From a virus (taxonomy: Duplodnaviria > Caudoviricetes): 64,000 nucleotides of DNA. Positions 28,206-36,938 of this stretch are shown piece by piece. The stretch is from positions 776-64,775 of IMG/VR virus record IMGVR_UViG_3300021255_001361; one strand, 5' to 3'. A model generated the notes under the pieces. It worked only from the letters and a program-made list of their open reading frames with translations. It was not told where the DNA came from and did no database searches. The first letter of the stretch is position 1, and every line of letters starts with the position of its first letter. Position numbers and translations under genes: made by a program.

Positions 28206-28471
28206 TATACCCTCCTTGGCACTATAGTTTCTGGTTTATTCTGTATAGCTGGTCCTTTTTTATACAACTCACAGTTATCATAGTCATTACCTCTTATATC
28301 ATAAGGCTTATACTTACCGTTATCTCTTAAACAAGTCTGACCGGTCACAGATGAGTAATTACAACATATGTTATTCATCTTCTGACCTTTTATAGCTTTC
28401 TGTCCACCGCTTACATGACCTCTATAAATGCAACTTCTACACTTACTTCTATCGAATTTTGTTTCACTCAT
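28205..28471 (-). CDS. Cys-rich hypothetical protein
   Basis: CRSCIY...CCNY...C; GGAGG RBS. Confidence 0.65.
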   Translation of the reverse strand: MSETKFDRSKCRSCIYRGHVSGGQKAIKGQKMNNICCNYSSVTGQTCLRDNGKYKPYDIRGNDYDNCELYKKGPAIQNKPETIVPRRV

Positions 28472-28667
28472 CAGATTCCTCCATATACTCTTCAAACACA
28501 TCATAACGTGTCTCGTACTGTGCAGTAATTATTATGTATTGAGTATCTTCCACTCTATCTACTTTCATTCCCGCAACTGTACATCTTCTTTCAAAATCAC
28601 TTGCTAATCTTTCACCTATCTTATCTCTGCCGAAAGACTTTTTTGTGTATGTTATGACCTTTCCCAT
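28464..28667 (-). CDS. Hypothetical protein
   Basis: 67-aa ORF coupled to dnaB. Confidence 0.65.
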   Translation of the reverse strand: MGKVITYTKKSFGRDKIGERLASDFERRCTVAGMKVDRVEDTQYIIITAQYETRYDVFEEYMEESDE

Positions 28668-29959
28668 TAGAATACATCCTCCTTGTCAACAAACTGCGCT
28701 CTTGCTTTTCTGACTTTCTTTTCTGTTACTTCTTTAGGTTGTGCATCATCATAGCTTGGTATGTTTACAAACTCTCCTGTATCTATATCCCATTGATATA
28801 TCAGCTTTCCACCAACAGCACCAAATCTCTGCTTCTTGACTTGCATTGTAAGTGTTCCCTCTTTTGTTTGTTTGATCGAAAGAACCTTACTTGCGTTATG
28901 TGCTATACCATCACTATCTCTTATACTCTCAAGTTCTGGCACATCATTACTATCCTCTGTGCTGACACCATTTCTGTTGGCTTGCACTACTACTAATACA
29001 GGTATCTTTAACTCGATTGATAACTCCATCAAATCTTCGCTTATGTTGGTAAGACTTGTGGTTTTGTTATCACCACGCTTATATCTTTCGTCAGACATAT
29101 ATGTGATACCATCTATTGCTATCATATCAAGTTTGTATTTCTTTACCCATTGTTTCAGCTTTGATACTGTTATCTGACGATTAAAGTCCATTGGTGTTGA
29201 TACTATAAACTTGTGCTTACTGTCTTTCAGTCTTTCTATATAGTCCTTATACTTATCTGCATCTTCATTACCCCACATAAGACCTTTGTTAGAAAACTGA
29301 TTGTACAATGTATCAAATCTATATCCTATACTATTAGCTGACATTTCAGGTGATACATAACCCACATTAAAACCTAACTGCCAAACGTGTGTACATATCT
29401 TTTCAAGTACCCAAGACTTACCTTGATTTGTTCTTGCGAACAGTACGAACAATTCTTCGCCACGCTGTATGCCATGAATTAAAACATCAAGTTCTTCAAA
29501 CCCTGTTGTAAAGAACCATTCGTTTTGATGTTCCTTTACTTGCGTAAACTGCTCATATCTATTTAACGCATCTTGTATTATATCTACACCTGTTATAGAG
29601 TAATTCGGCTGTAAGTCTCTCATAGACTGTATCATATACTCTACTGCCGCATTACTGTCTGTTTTCATCAGCTTTGCAACTTGCTGAACAACTGGAACAG
29701 ATTTGTAATACAGATATTCTTCCCTTATGGTATCTACTAAATACCTGTCACTCTCTTGTACTTCTACAAGTTCAAATTCTGGAAACTGTGCTATGAATGT
29801 TGCTTTATCAGGCACATTTCCATAATCGTTATAATGTTTCAGTATAAATTCTATCTCATCTTGATATTCTGGAAAGTAGTCTTTCGTTATCTGATTTTCT
29901 TCCAACAGACTTATATCCTGTGTCTGCAAGACTTTACTGATTATCTGTAAAGCAACCAT
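28667..29959 (-). CDS. dnaB: DnaB-like replicative helicase
   Basis: FARTNQGKS, SPEMS, IAIDGITY, VVQANR, IRDSDGIAHNAS, KQRFG. Confidence 0.92.
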   Translation of the reverse strand: MVALQIISKVLQTQDISLLEENQITKDYFPEYQDEIEFILKHYNDYGNVPDKATFIAQFPEFELVEVQESDRYLVDTIREEYLYYKSVPVVQQVAKLMKTDSNAAVEYMIQSMRDLQPNYSITGVDIIQDALNRYEQFTQVKEHQNEWFFTTGFEELDVLIHGIQRGEELFVLFARTNQGKSWVLEKICTHVWQLGFNVGYVSPEMSANSIGYRFDTLYNQFSNKGLMWGNEDADKYKDYIERLKDSKHKFIVSTPMDFNRQITVSKLKQWVKKYKLDMIAIDGITYMSDERYKRGDNKTTSLTNISEDLMELSIELKIPVLVVVQANRNGVSTEDSNDVPELESIRDSDGIAHNASKVLSIKQTKEGTLTMQVKKQRFGAVGGKLIYQWDIDTGEFVNIPSYDDAQPKEVTEKKVRKARAQFVDKEDVF

Positions 29960-29963
29960 GCTG

Positions 29964-30119
29964 TCACTCCTTGTTTTCGATTATTTTTGTGCCATTCTTT
30001 TCACATATAAACTTATATGTATCAAAGTCAATTATATCGTCATAACCTCGATTCAACCAATAACTAAACAGTTCCGCTTCTGTCGCTTCTACTATTTTCC
30101 CATTCTCTAATTTCATCAT
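29964..30119 (-). CDS. Hypothetical protein
   Basis: Start placed at MMKLENG. Confidence 0.55.
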   Translation of the reverse strand: MMKLENGKIVEATEAELFSYWLNRGYDDIIDFDTYKFICEKNGTKIIENKE

Positions 30120-30231
30120 TTTTCTCCCTCTGCTTATTCTGTTTTCCGGCAACCAATACTATTAATGTCATAAAACTGATTATGCCTAATACATAGCCTA
30201 TACAGATACCTGCTACTATATGTAACCACAT
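30064..30231 (-). CDS. Small membrane protein (55 aa)
   Basis: Hand-translated MWLHIVAGICIGYVLGIISFMTLIVLVAG...; TAATG-coupled to dnaC. Confidence 0.55.
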   Translation of the reverse strand: MWLHIVAGICIGYVLGIISFMTLIVLVAGKQNKQREKNDEIREWENSRSDRSGTV

Positions 30232-30881
30232 TATATACCCCTCCTGTCTTTTCCTCTAAATATTACTGTTGTACCGGCTCTATAGATTCTACTCGCTAAT
30301 CTTTCACCAACTGATTTTGCAAGTGCATTAAAATCTGCTATATTGCCTGTATAGATATTAGCTTTCTTACTAAACACTCTTTGGTCTACATACGATAATA
30401 ATTGAGAATGGTCATAAGCACTCATGTCTGTACTTGCTATATCGTCCCATACTACTAAATCACATTCAAGTAGGTTGCGCTTATATTCTTCTGATAAAGG
30501 ATTCTGAAAGTTCTTTAGTTGATTAAGTAATGTCGGAACGTGAACAAATAGTCCTCTCACTCTAAACCCATTACCAGCCCATATACTATCAAAGTATTTC
30601 AGCATCAACTTTATCGCCCAGCTTGTTTTGCCATTACCTGTTTCATCACTTGTAATATACAGATTAAATCCTTCATTAACATATCTTACTATATCATCTT
30701 TAATTTCCGCTAAAGTACAAAACACTTTGTAATCAGTACCGGCTTGTAACACAGTAGGATATTGTCTTGCTTTAGGAATGTTACTGTTATCTATCAGATA
30801 TTTCATTTCAAGGTATCTGATACAAGTATCTGAACATTCATTCTGACATACATCTTTGTACCAACAATCTTCTCGCTTCAA
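30231..30881 (-). CDS. dnaC: DnaC/IstB-like helicase loader
   Basis: ETGNGKTS, VVWDDI, IYTGN, GERLASRI, FRGKDRR. Confidence 0.88.
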   Translation of the reverse strand: MKREDCWYKDVCQNECSDTCIRYLEMKYLIDNSNIPKARQYPTVLQAGTDYKVFCTLAEIKDDIVRYVNEGFNLYITSDETGNGKTSWAIKLMLKYFDSIWAGNGFRVRGLFVHVPTLLNQLKNFQNPLSEEYKRNLLECDLVVWDDIASTDMSAYDHSQLLSYVDQRVFSKKANIYTGNIADFNALAKSVGERLASRIYRAGTTVIFRGKDRRGI

Positions 30882-31735
30882 AATTTTGTTCTCATTCCTT
30901 TCTTCTCACGTTCTTTGTCTATACGTTCCATTTCAGCTAATTCATCATCTGTATATGTCTCGCTCTTAACTCTACCAGCTTCACCAAATACATCTTTCTT
31001 CTTGTACTGCTTTTCTTCTTTCAATTCATAAAAAGCGTTCCACCCATTATCTAAAGTCTGCAATACTATTTTACGCTGAATATAATTATCTGTCGATAAC
31101 TGTTTCAGTTTATTTAACTTGGAAACAAAATGACTACTATAGAATGGTCTATCAGATTCTTTACTATGCTCTAATACTAATTTAAGGAACTGTATTAGAT
31201 ATTCTCTCAATACTGCATCATTGGTAAACTCATCTATTTTACTAACACATTTATCCCATAATGATTGCTTTTTAGGTTTTACTATTTCAGATGTTAGAAA
31301 ATCCTCTACTTTATCTTTAGATAAAGTATTATTATTTTTCTTATTACTATTCTTATTATTACTTGAGTGCAGATTTTTAACATCTTGTTGTGAAAAATCT
31401 GCACTACAAGTTGTTAAAATTTTAACAACTGAATCAGTATCAATTCTGAAATACTTTTTAGCTGGAACACCTTTTAATTCAGTTGTCAACACTCCTGCGT
31501 TTTCAAGTGATTTTATAGCCTGTCGCTGTTCATGTGCTGTTAATCCTGTATTATTTTCTATGTTATCTATAGTGCTATAGAACATACCATCTTCAAGTTT
31601 ATCTTCTTTAAGCCAATGTCTGTATTCAGTGCATAACTCTCCGAGCATAACTGCTTCATTTAAACCAAATGTTTTGATAAGTGTTTTATTAACTATTATA
31701 TAGTTATCACTTGCAAGATAACTTACTATATCCAT
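30878..31735 (-). CDS. Replication initiator / replisome organiser (N-terminal wHTH)
   Basis: NKTLIKTFGLNEAVMLGEL...TGLTAHEQRQAIKSL; lies upstream of dnaC; contains ori-like repeats. Confidence 0.8.
   Translation of the reverse strand: MDIVSYLASDNYIIVNKTLIKTFGLNEAVMLGELCTEYRHWLKEDKLEDGMFYSTIDNIENNTGLTAHEQRQAIKSLENAGVLTTELKGVPAKKYFRIDTDSVVKILTTCSADFSQQDVKNLHSSNNKNSNKKNNNTLSKDKVEDFLTSEIVKPKKQSLWDKCVSKIDEFTNDAVLREYLIQFLKLVLEHSKESDRPFYSSHFVSKLNKLKQLSTDNYIQRKIVLQTLDNGWNAFYELKEEKQYKKKDVFGEAGRVKSETYTDDELAEMERIDKEREKKGMRTKF
31321..31430. other. Candidate replication origin inside the initiator gene
   Basis: AT-rich tract 31321-31365; 13-bp inverted repeat 31366-78/31393-405; perfect 22-bp palindrome AGTTGTTAAAATTTTAACAACT at 31409-31430. 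Confidence 0.6.
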
Positions 31736-31759
31736 TTTATTCTCCTTTGTTATAAAACA

Positions 31760-31861
31760 AATAGCTTGTATAAAAGAGAGTGCAGTCTCGATTATACAAG
31801 CTATTGCTGGTTAGCTAAATTATGAGGTCTATATGCCGAACTCTGCACAATTCAGCTAACC
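31760..31861 (-). ncRNA. Candidate structured leader RNA (two long hairpins with complementary loops)
   Basis: 13-bp and 14-bp stems; loop GTGCAG complements loop CTGCAC; directly upstream of the initiator RBS. Confidence 0.55.
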
Positions 31862-31902
31862 TTTTTTTGCGACACATACAATGTATCTTAATTGACATAT
31901 AT

Positions 31903-31931
31903 ATGATAACATTGGATAACACAAATGTCAA
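31903..31931 (-). promoter_or_regulatory. Promoter TTGACA-17-TATCAT for the replication operon
   Basis: Consensus -35 and spacing. Confidence 0.6.
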
Positions 31932-32140
31932 TGGTTTTTTCTATCCTTAAACATCTGCATGATCTCTTCAATCTGGCGGTCTACTTCACCGTTGCACTCT
32001 TCCCACAGGATTGCTTTTTCAGCTTCTATATCATCCTTATCCTGTATGCTTTTCTCTTCACCAAATTCAACAGTATAGAAGCTGTCACCAACCTTGATAC
32101 TTGCTCTACTTGTAGCTTTAATTATCGTTGTCTTTGCCAT
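31928..32140 (-). CDS. Hypothetical protein
   Basis: 70-aa ORF with AGGAGG RBS. Confidence 0.7.
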   Translation of the reverse strand: MAKTTIIKATSRASIKVGDSFYTVEFGEEKSIQDKDDIEAEKAILWEECNGEVDRQIEEIMQMFKDRKNH

Positions 32141-32142
32141 AA

Positions 32143-32565
32143 CTACTCCTCCTTATTTTTAACTTTTGTGATCCTTAATGTTATGGTCTGTTTCTTTTCA
32201 CGGCAGTTGTCCATTTCTATGATCACTTCTTTAGGTATTGACCCATTGTAGATTGCTTTTTCCAGGGCATCAATATCAACGTATTTCTTTGTCTTAATGA
32301 TCCCAGACTTTGCTGTAACTTTATCTTGCAGGAGGGCTAACAGCTTATCTTCATTCATTGTACTTGTTTCTCTGACAGAACAGGTGACTTTATAACCACC
32401 GGCTTGCATATTATCTATACCTTCTTCTGTCATTATACGCTTGATTTCTGCATTTTCAGATTTACATATCTTATCATACTCGTCTAAAGTAGACTTATGA
32501 TTACCATATTCCGGTATCAACTGTAATAGTTTATCTGTGTTTGGAACTTTACTCTTCCTCATCAT
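32143..32565 (-). CDS. Hypothetical protein (possibly Gam/Gp157-like)
   Basis: N-terminal helix and K..VD..ALEK motif; family call tentative. Confidence 0.55.
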   Translation of the reverse strand: MMRKSKVPNTDKLLQLIPEYGNHKSTLDEYDKICKSENAEIKRIMTEEGIDNMQAGGYKVTCSVRETSTMNEDKLLALLQDKVTAKSGIIKTKKYVDIDALEKAIYNGSIPKEVIIEMDNCREKKQTITLRITKVKNKEE

Positions 32566-32857
32566 CTATGTACCTCTCTTTCTTCTGATACATTTCATGG
32601 GTAATTTCACCCATAACTCCATTTCTTCCCCTTGGTATTGCCTGTTTAAAGGTTATGATCTTCCATACATCTTCACGTTTCCAATACCTTGTCTGTCTGC
32701 CACCCTGCTGAATATAATCTGGTAATATCTGCGCATATTCATTGTCTGGAAACTTCTTTTTGAACATATACCAGTAGTTGATTGTTTTTACTGATACTCC
32801 GGCAAGCATAGCCAATTCCTCAATCTTGATATGCTCTTTGTAATTCATGTTTACCAC
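32549..32857 (-). CDS. MerR/excisionase-like HTH DNA-binding protein
   Basis: IEELAMLAGVSVKTINYW...RYWKREDV. Confidence 0.65.
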   Translation of the reverse strand: MVNMNYKEHIKIEELAMLAGVSVKTINYWYMFKKKFPDNEYAQILPDYIQQGGRQTRYWKREDVWKIITFKQAIPRGRNGVMGEITHEMYQKKERYIDDEEE

Positions 32858-32889
32858 TTCTTACACCTCCTTTCTAACTTAATAAGAAG

Positions 32890-33669
32890 TCAAGACTTAT
32901 GACCTCTTCCCTTACTATATCCGTTGTCTAAATATGTTTGTAGTTCGTCAACATTTATAAGCGTTCTATGTTCGCCATTATTTACCCAGATTCTATTTTT
33001 TAAGGATTCACTTATTTGTTGTTTTTGTTGTTCGCTTAATTTTAATCCTTTGTTCCAAGCTCTATTACCACGATTAGCTTTACTTACTTTTTGTTTCATT
33101 TCTTCCGAACCAGGTATTCCTTTATTCCAAGGTGTGTGTCCTAAGTGTGCTTGTGATAGTTTTTGTCGATATTCATCTGACAATTTTTTCCCTTTATTCC
33201 AAGCAGTTCTTCCTTTATTAGCTTGAGATATTTTTTGCTTCTGTTCATCTGTAATATGTTTTCCTCGATTAAAATGTGCATGATTCTGTTTAATTTTTTC
33301 AATCGTTTCTGCATTTCTATGTTTGCCTAAATTAAGCTGTCTTAATTTTTCTTTTGTCTCATCTGACATAGCTATCCCTAATGGTCCACAATCACCACCG
33401 ACATACACATTATATCCATATTTAGGATTATTAGTTTGAAATTTAGTAATAAGATATTTTTCACATTCGCAAGCCACTTCTTTAGAAAGATTTTCAAGTA
33501 AAACAATATGTTTAATATTATCCCAACCATATTTCTGTATTGCTCGATAAAATAGTTTTTGTACTGAGTATCCTCTACCATTATTTTTCCATCTTGCTTC
33601 AACTGCTTTACTTGTAATACCTATATAAATTTTATTATTTGGTGCTATGTGTGCATATAAAGTGTACAT
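32890..33669 (-). CDS. GIY-YIG homing endonuclease with NUMOD3 repeats
   Basis: TLYAH...KIYIGIT, YRAIQKYG, GYN; repeated SEE.KQK.S...G..AWNKG. Confidence 0.9.
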   Translation of the reverse strand: MYTLYAHIAPNNKIYIGITSKAVEARWKNNGRGYSVQKLFYRAIQKYGWDNIKHIVLLENLSKEVACECEKYLITKFQTNNPKYGYNVYVGGDCGPLGIAMSDETKEKLRQLNLGKHRNAETIEKIKQNHAHFNRGKHITDEQKQKISQANKGRTAWNKGKKLSDEYRQKLSQAHLGHTPWNKGIPGSEEMKQKVSKANRGNRAWNKGLKLSEQQKQQISESLKNRIWVNNGEHRTLINVDELQTYLDNGYSKGRGHKS

Positions 33670-33714
33670 TTTAATTCTCCTTTCATTTGCATTAGACATA
33701 GTACCATTATATAA

Positions 33715-34800
33715 CTAATTAATCAAGAAATCAATAATTTCAGACGCATTTCTTTTATTAAGAGCACCATCTACAAGTGCATCTGACATAGCACCTTTCT
33801 TCTGCACAAGTTCATGGATTCTTTCGTCTATTGTATTCTTGCACATAAGATTGTAGATTGTTACATTGTGCTTCTGTCCAACTCTGTGGCATCTATCTGT
33901 TGCCTGGTCATATAATGCTTTGTTCCAAGGCTCATCAAGGAATATCTCAACTGTGCCCGCTGTAAGGGTAAGACCTGTACCCATAGCACCGATTGTACCA
34001 ACTATAATCTGACTTGCACCTGTCTGAAATTCATTTACATTATCCTGCCGGTCTACATCTTTAGTATTACCTGTGATAACAGATACACGATAGTTTTTAT
34101 GTAATCTTGCCCAAACAACGTCCGTCATTTGTGTCCAGTTTGAGAAGATAACAACCTGCTGTCCATTTTCTACAGCTTCTTCAACAAGTTCTTCCATTCT
34201 ATCAAGTTTAGCACTCTCTTGTACTTTAGTTGAAAGAATACCTGTATAGCCTGTTGCTTGTCTCATTCTGATTAACTCTGCAAGCGGATTAGGTGCTGTC
34301 TTTATGTTATCAATATTGTTCTGCACATCTGATGTAACTTCTTTATAGATAACAGCTTGCTTTGGTGTCATATCAACATATTCATCTATGTATGTTTTTT
34401 CTGGCAAATCTAAAACTTCATCTTTAAGTCTACGCAACATTATGTCATTCAGTCTTTCCTGTAACTCGTCAAGATTCTTGTAGCCAACTACTTCATATCC
34501 GCCATAGCCACCCATTACACAGTAGTGATTCTTAAACTTGTAAAAAGCGTTCTTCTCATAACCAAGCCATTTAAGAATTATATATAAGTCCATAGGCTGA
34601 TTCATAAGTGGTGTACCTGTCATAGCAATTCTACATTCCGGCTGAATTTTGAGAATACCTTTGCCTTGCTGACTTGACGGATTCTTACAGTTGTGTGCAA
34701 GTATTCCTTCTACAAAGTAGTTGTGATTATCTTCAACTTCTATATCATATGTGAGAAATGATAAATCATCTACTGTTCGTTTAGAAATGAGTTTAGCCAT
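33715..34800 (-). CDS. SNF2 helicase C-terminal half fused to split-intein C fragment
   Basis: 37-aa IntC ending ILAHN|C, then MTGTP, VIFSNW, GTGLTL, QATDRCHRVGQ. Confidence 0.92.
   Translation of the reverse strand: MAKLISKRTVDDLSFLTYDIEVEDNHNYFVEGILAHNCKNPSSQQGKGILKIQPECRIAMTGTPLMNQPMDLYIILKWLGYEKNAFYKFKNHYCVMGGYGGYEVVGYKNLDELQERLNDIMLRRLKDEVLDLPEKTYIDEYVDMTPKQAVIYKEVTSDVQNNIDNIKTAPNPLAELIRMRQATGYTGILSTKVQESAKLDRMEELVEEAVENGQQVVIFSNWTQMTDVVWARLHKNYRVSVITGNTKDVDRQDNVNEFQTGASQIIVGTIGAMGTGLTLTAGTVEIFLDEPWNKALYDQATDRCHRVGQKHNVTIYNLMCKNTIDERIHELVQKKGAMSDALVDGALNKRNASEIIDFLIN
34690..34800 (-). mobile_element. Split intein C-terminal fragment (IntC, 37 aa)
   Basis: Block F TYDIEVEDNHNYFVEG, block G ILAHN, +1 Cys. 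Confidence 0.92.
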
Positions 34801-35420
34801 TTTTTAAACTCTCCTTTCTTTATTTGTTCGTGTGTAAATCTGACGGTTTTAAATCCAAGAAACTCTAAACATTCTTCTTTCTTTTTATCAAGTTTAATTT
34901 GTTCCGGTAAGGTGTGATTACGCCCGTCAATTTCGATACATAATTTCTTTAATGTGTTTGTAAAATCCGGTTTATAACTTTTTGCATAGTGTCTATCTGG
35001 AAATGTATCTCTTGCTAATTTTGTATTTATTGCGTAGTTATAATAAAATCCGGCTTGTATTAAATCATTATATACAAGCATTTCATATTCTGATATTTTA
35101 CCATTACCATATTTAAAGTTGTTTGGTAAATGTCCTCGTTGTAACTTTGTTTTATTTGACTTTTCTATCACACCGGGAATATATGTAGGATTATAATTTT
35201 TCATATATTCGATTTTCTTTTTTCTAAATTCTACATCTTTCCATCTATCTCTTAATATTTGCGCATTTTTCCTTTTCGTTTCTTCGCTTATTAAGTTAGG
35301 ACCAAATGTTTTATTTCTCCATTTTGCCGAACATGATGTATTGCAAAATCGTTTTCGTTGACCATGTTTATCATCAGAAACTTCAAAACTCTTACCACAA
35401 AATTCACAAATTTTAATCAT
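34770..35420 (-). CDS. Free-standing Vsr/DUF559-like endonuclease with N-terminal zinc finger
   Basis: CEFC...FCNTSC; YKPDF...LCIEIDGRNH...D..K...L...GFKTVRF. Confidence 0.85.
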   Translation of the reverse strand: MIKICEFCGKSFEVSDDKHGQRKRFCNTSCSAKWRNKTFGPNLISEETKRKNAQILRDRWKDVEFRKKKIEYMKNYNPTYIPGVIEKSNKTKLQRGHLPNNFKYGNGKISEYEMLVYNDLIQAGFYYNYAINTKLARDTFPDRHYAKSYKPDFTNTLKKLCIEIDGRNHTLPEQIKLDKKKEECLEFLGFKTVRFTHEQIKKGEFKKWLNSFLNEQ

Positions 35421-35435
35421 AAGTTTTACCTCCGT

Positions 35436-35484
35436 ATCTTTCATTTATGTGTTAATCATATCACATAAATGAAAGATTGTAAAG
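35436..35484 (-). promoter_or_regulatory. Promoter TTTACA-17-TATGAT overlapped by a 16-bp inverted repeat
   Basis: ATCTTTCATTTATGTG/CACATAAATGAAAGAT at 35436-35451 and 35462-35477, ending next to the GGAGG RBS. Confidence 0.65.
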
Positions 35485-35787
35485 TTAAAATTCTTGTATA
35501 TCATCATAACTTGTTAAATCTTCTGCCCTAACCCAGCCACGATTTTTTGTAAAAAACTTATGTCCTTTTGTGCATTTGATGGTCTTAATTCCAGATTTTG
35601 TTTCAAACTGTAACTCTAACAACTGTTCCGCAATAACATTTTCATGCCAATCTACAACACGTTTCCACTCTGTCTGTTTTGTGATTTCGTTGTATGACAA
35701 TACTGAACAATTAATTTGTTCTGTAACTATATCACCTATTTTTAATGTTCCTACATCGGTTGTAACCAATGTATTATAATCAAAACA
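35485..35787 (-). mobile_element. Split intein N-terminal fragment (IntN, 100 aa)
   Basis: Block A CFDYNTLVTT, block B KCTKGHKFFT..GWVRAEDL. Confidence 0.92.
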
Positions 35788-36489
35788 CTTATGTATCTCA
35801 TCTATTGCTACAAGACCAATCTCACCTGATTTGCATTTATTTGCGATTTCAGACACGATTCTTTCGTCACGCATAGTTTCTACGTTAGTGATAATAAAAT
35901 ACGCTTGTAGCGCATTTAGTGCGCATATATCAGTATATTTATCGCTGTTAGACCCTATGACTGTTTTATCTGCTCTTGTACGCTGTCCGAGAATGTAAGC
36001 ATCTTCGTTTGAGTGGGTATGAATTTCATTAACCCAGTTCCACTTCAAACCATTAACACCACAGATTATAAGACAATGCTTATATCCTTTCTGTAACTTC
36101 TTTGCGATTGCAATATCAATTACTTGTTTTGTCTTGCCAAGTCCTTGCTCATCACCGAGAAGCCATCTGTCATATTTAAGTCCATAGTTGAAGCCATCTA
36201 TCTGATGTTCAAAAGGCTTTGTCTTAAATTCAAACCCTGTAGGCATTTCAGCTTTTTTATCTTCTAAAGCACCGAAGTCCCCAGAAATATCAAAATCATA
36301 ATTTGATAACTGATCTGTAAGATACTGTAATTTCTTTACAGGTATCTCCCACTCTTTAGTATCTTTGTTCCAGTACCTTGTTGGTAAATCCCTTATAGTA
36401 TCTATTACTTTCTGATCATACGGAAATGATACAAAAAGTGCGTAATCATCACCGATGTTTTTAGAGTTTTTAATCTTTATTGTTATCAT
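35485..36489 (-). CDS. SNF2 helicase N-terminal half (HARP-like domain, motifs I-II) fused to split-intein N fragment
   Basis: DEQGLGKT, AIDEIHK|CFDYNT..., then a 100-aa IntN and a stop. Confidence 0.92.
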   Translation of the reverse strand: MITIKIKNSKNIGDDYALFVSFPYDQKVIDTIRDLPTRYWNKDTKEWEIPVKKLQYLTDQLSNYDFDISGDFGALEDKKAEMPTGFEFKTKPFEHQIDGFNYGLKYDRWLLGDEQGLGKTKQVIDIAIAKKLQKGYKHCLIICGVNGLKWNWVNEIHTHSNEDAYILGQRTRADKTVIGSNSDKYTDICALNALQAYFIITNVETMRDERIVSEIANKCKSGEIGLVAIDEIHKCFDYNTLVTTDVGTLKIGDIVTEQINCSVLSYNEITKQTEWKRVVDWHENVIAEQLLELQFETKSGIKTIKCTKGHKFFTKNRGWVRAEDLTSYDDIQEF

Positions 36490-36826
36490 AGTATTCTTCC
36501 CACCTTTTCTTGTCTCTTTCTTCTTTCATCTTTTTGTATCTATCACGGTCTTTCATAGGTAAATGTTTTATTGACCACTCTTTATCTGGAAACACATCTA
36601 TTTTACTATATACATCATCTTCTGTAGTGGCTTCACCCTTAATAAATCTCCAAGCTGCTTCGCTTGTCTTAAACATATAATCAAACTCATAATAATGGTC
36701 CGTTACATATCCTCTTTTTCCGGGTACTTTTTGGATCATCTTATTCATAATGATTACAAGTTGTTCTGATGGCACCATTACTACGTTCCAGCCATTTTCA
36801 TCTTTAACAGGAAAATAAACTAACAT
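36470..36826 (-). CDS. Hypothetical protein
   Basis: 118-aa ORF, first gene after the promoter at 36871-36899. Confidence 0.7.
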   Translation of the reverse strand: MLVYFPVKDENGWNVVMVPSEQLVIIMNKMIQKVPGKRGYVTDHYYEFDYMFKTSEAAWRFIKGEATTEDDVYSKIDVFPDKEWSIKHLPMKDRDRYKKMKEERDKKRWEEYYDNNKD

Positions 36827-36851
36827 CTTATCACCCCTTAAATATTGTAGT

Positions 36852-36899
36852 ACACATTTACGTTATAATTAATCTATCACACATTTATAATCTTGTCAA
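36852..36899 (-). promoter_or_regulatory. Promoter TTGACA-17-TAGATT with two (A/G)TAAATGTGT boxes
   Basis: Near-copy of the 11113-11162 promoter. Confidence 0.7.
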
Positions 36900-36900
36900 C

Positions 36901-36935
36901 AAAAAAATCGCCACCTATTAAAAAGTGACGATTTT
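36901..36935 (-). terminator. Intrinsic terminator ending the accessory cassette
   Basis: AAAATCG(T/C)CAC...GTGGCGATTTT stem and T run. Confidence 0.65.
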
Positions 36936-36938
36936 ACG

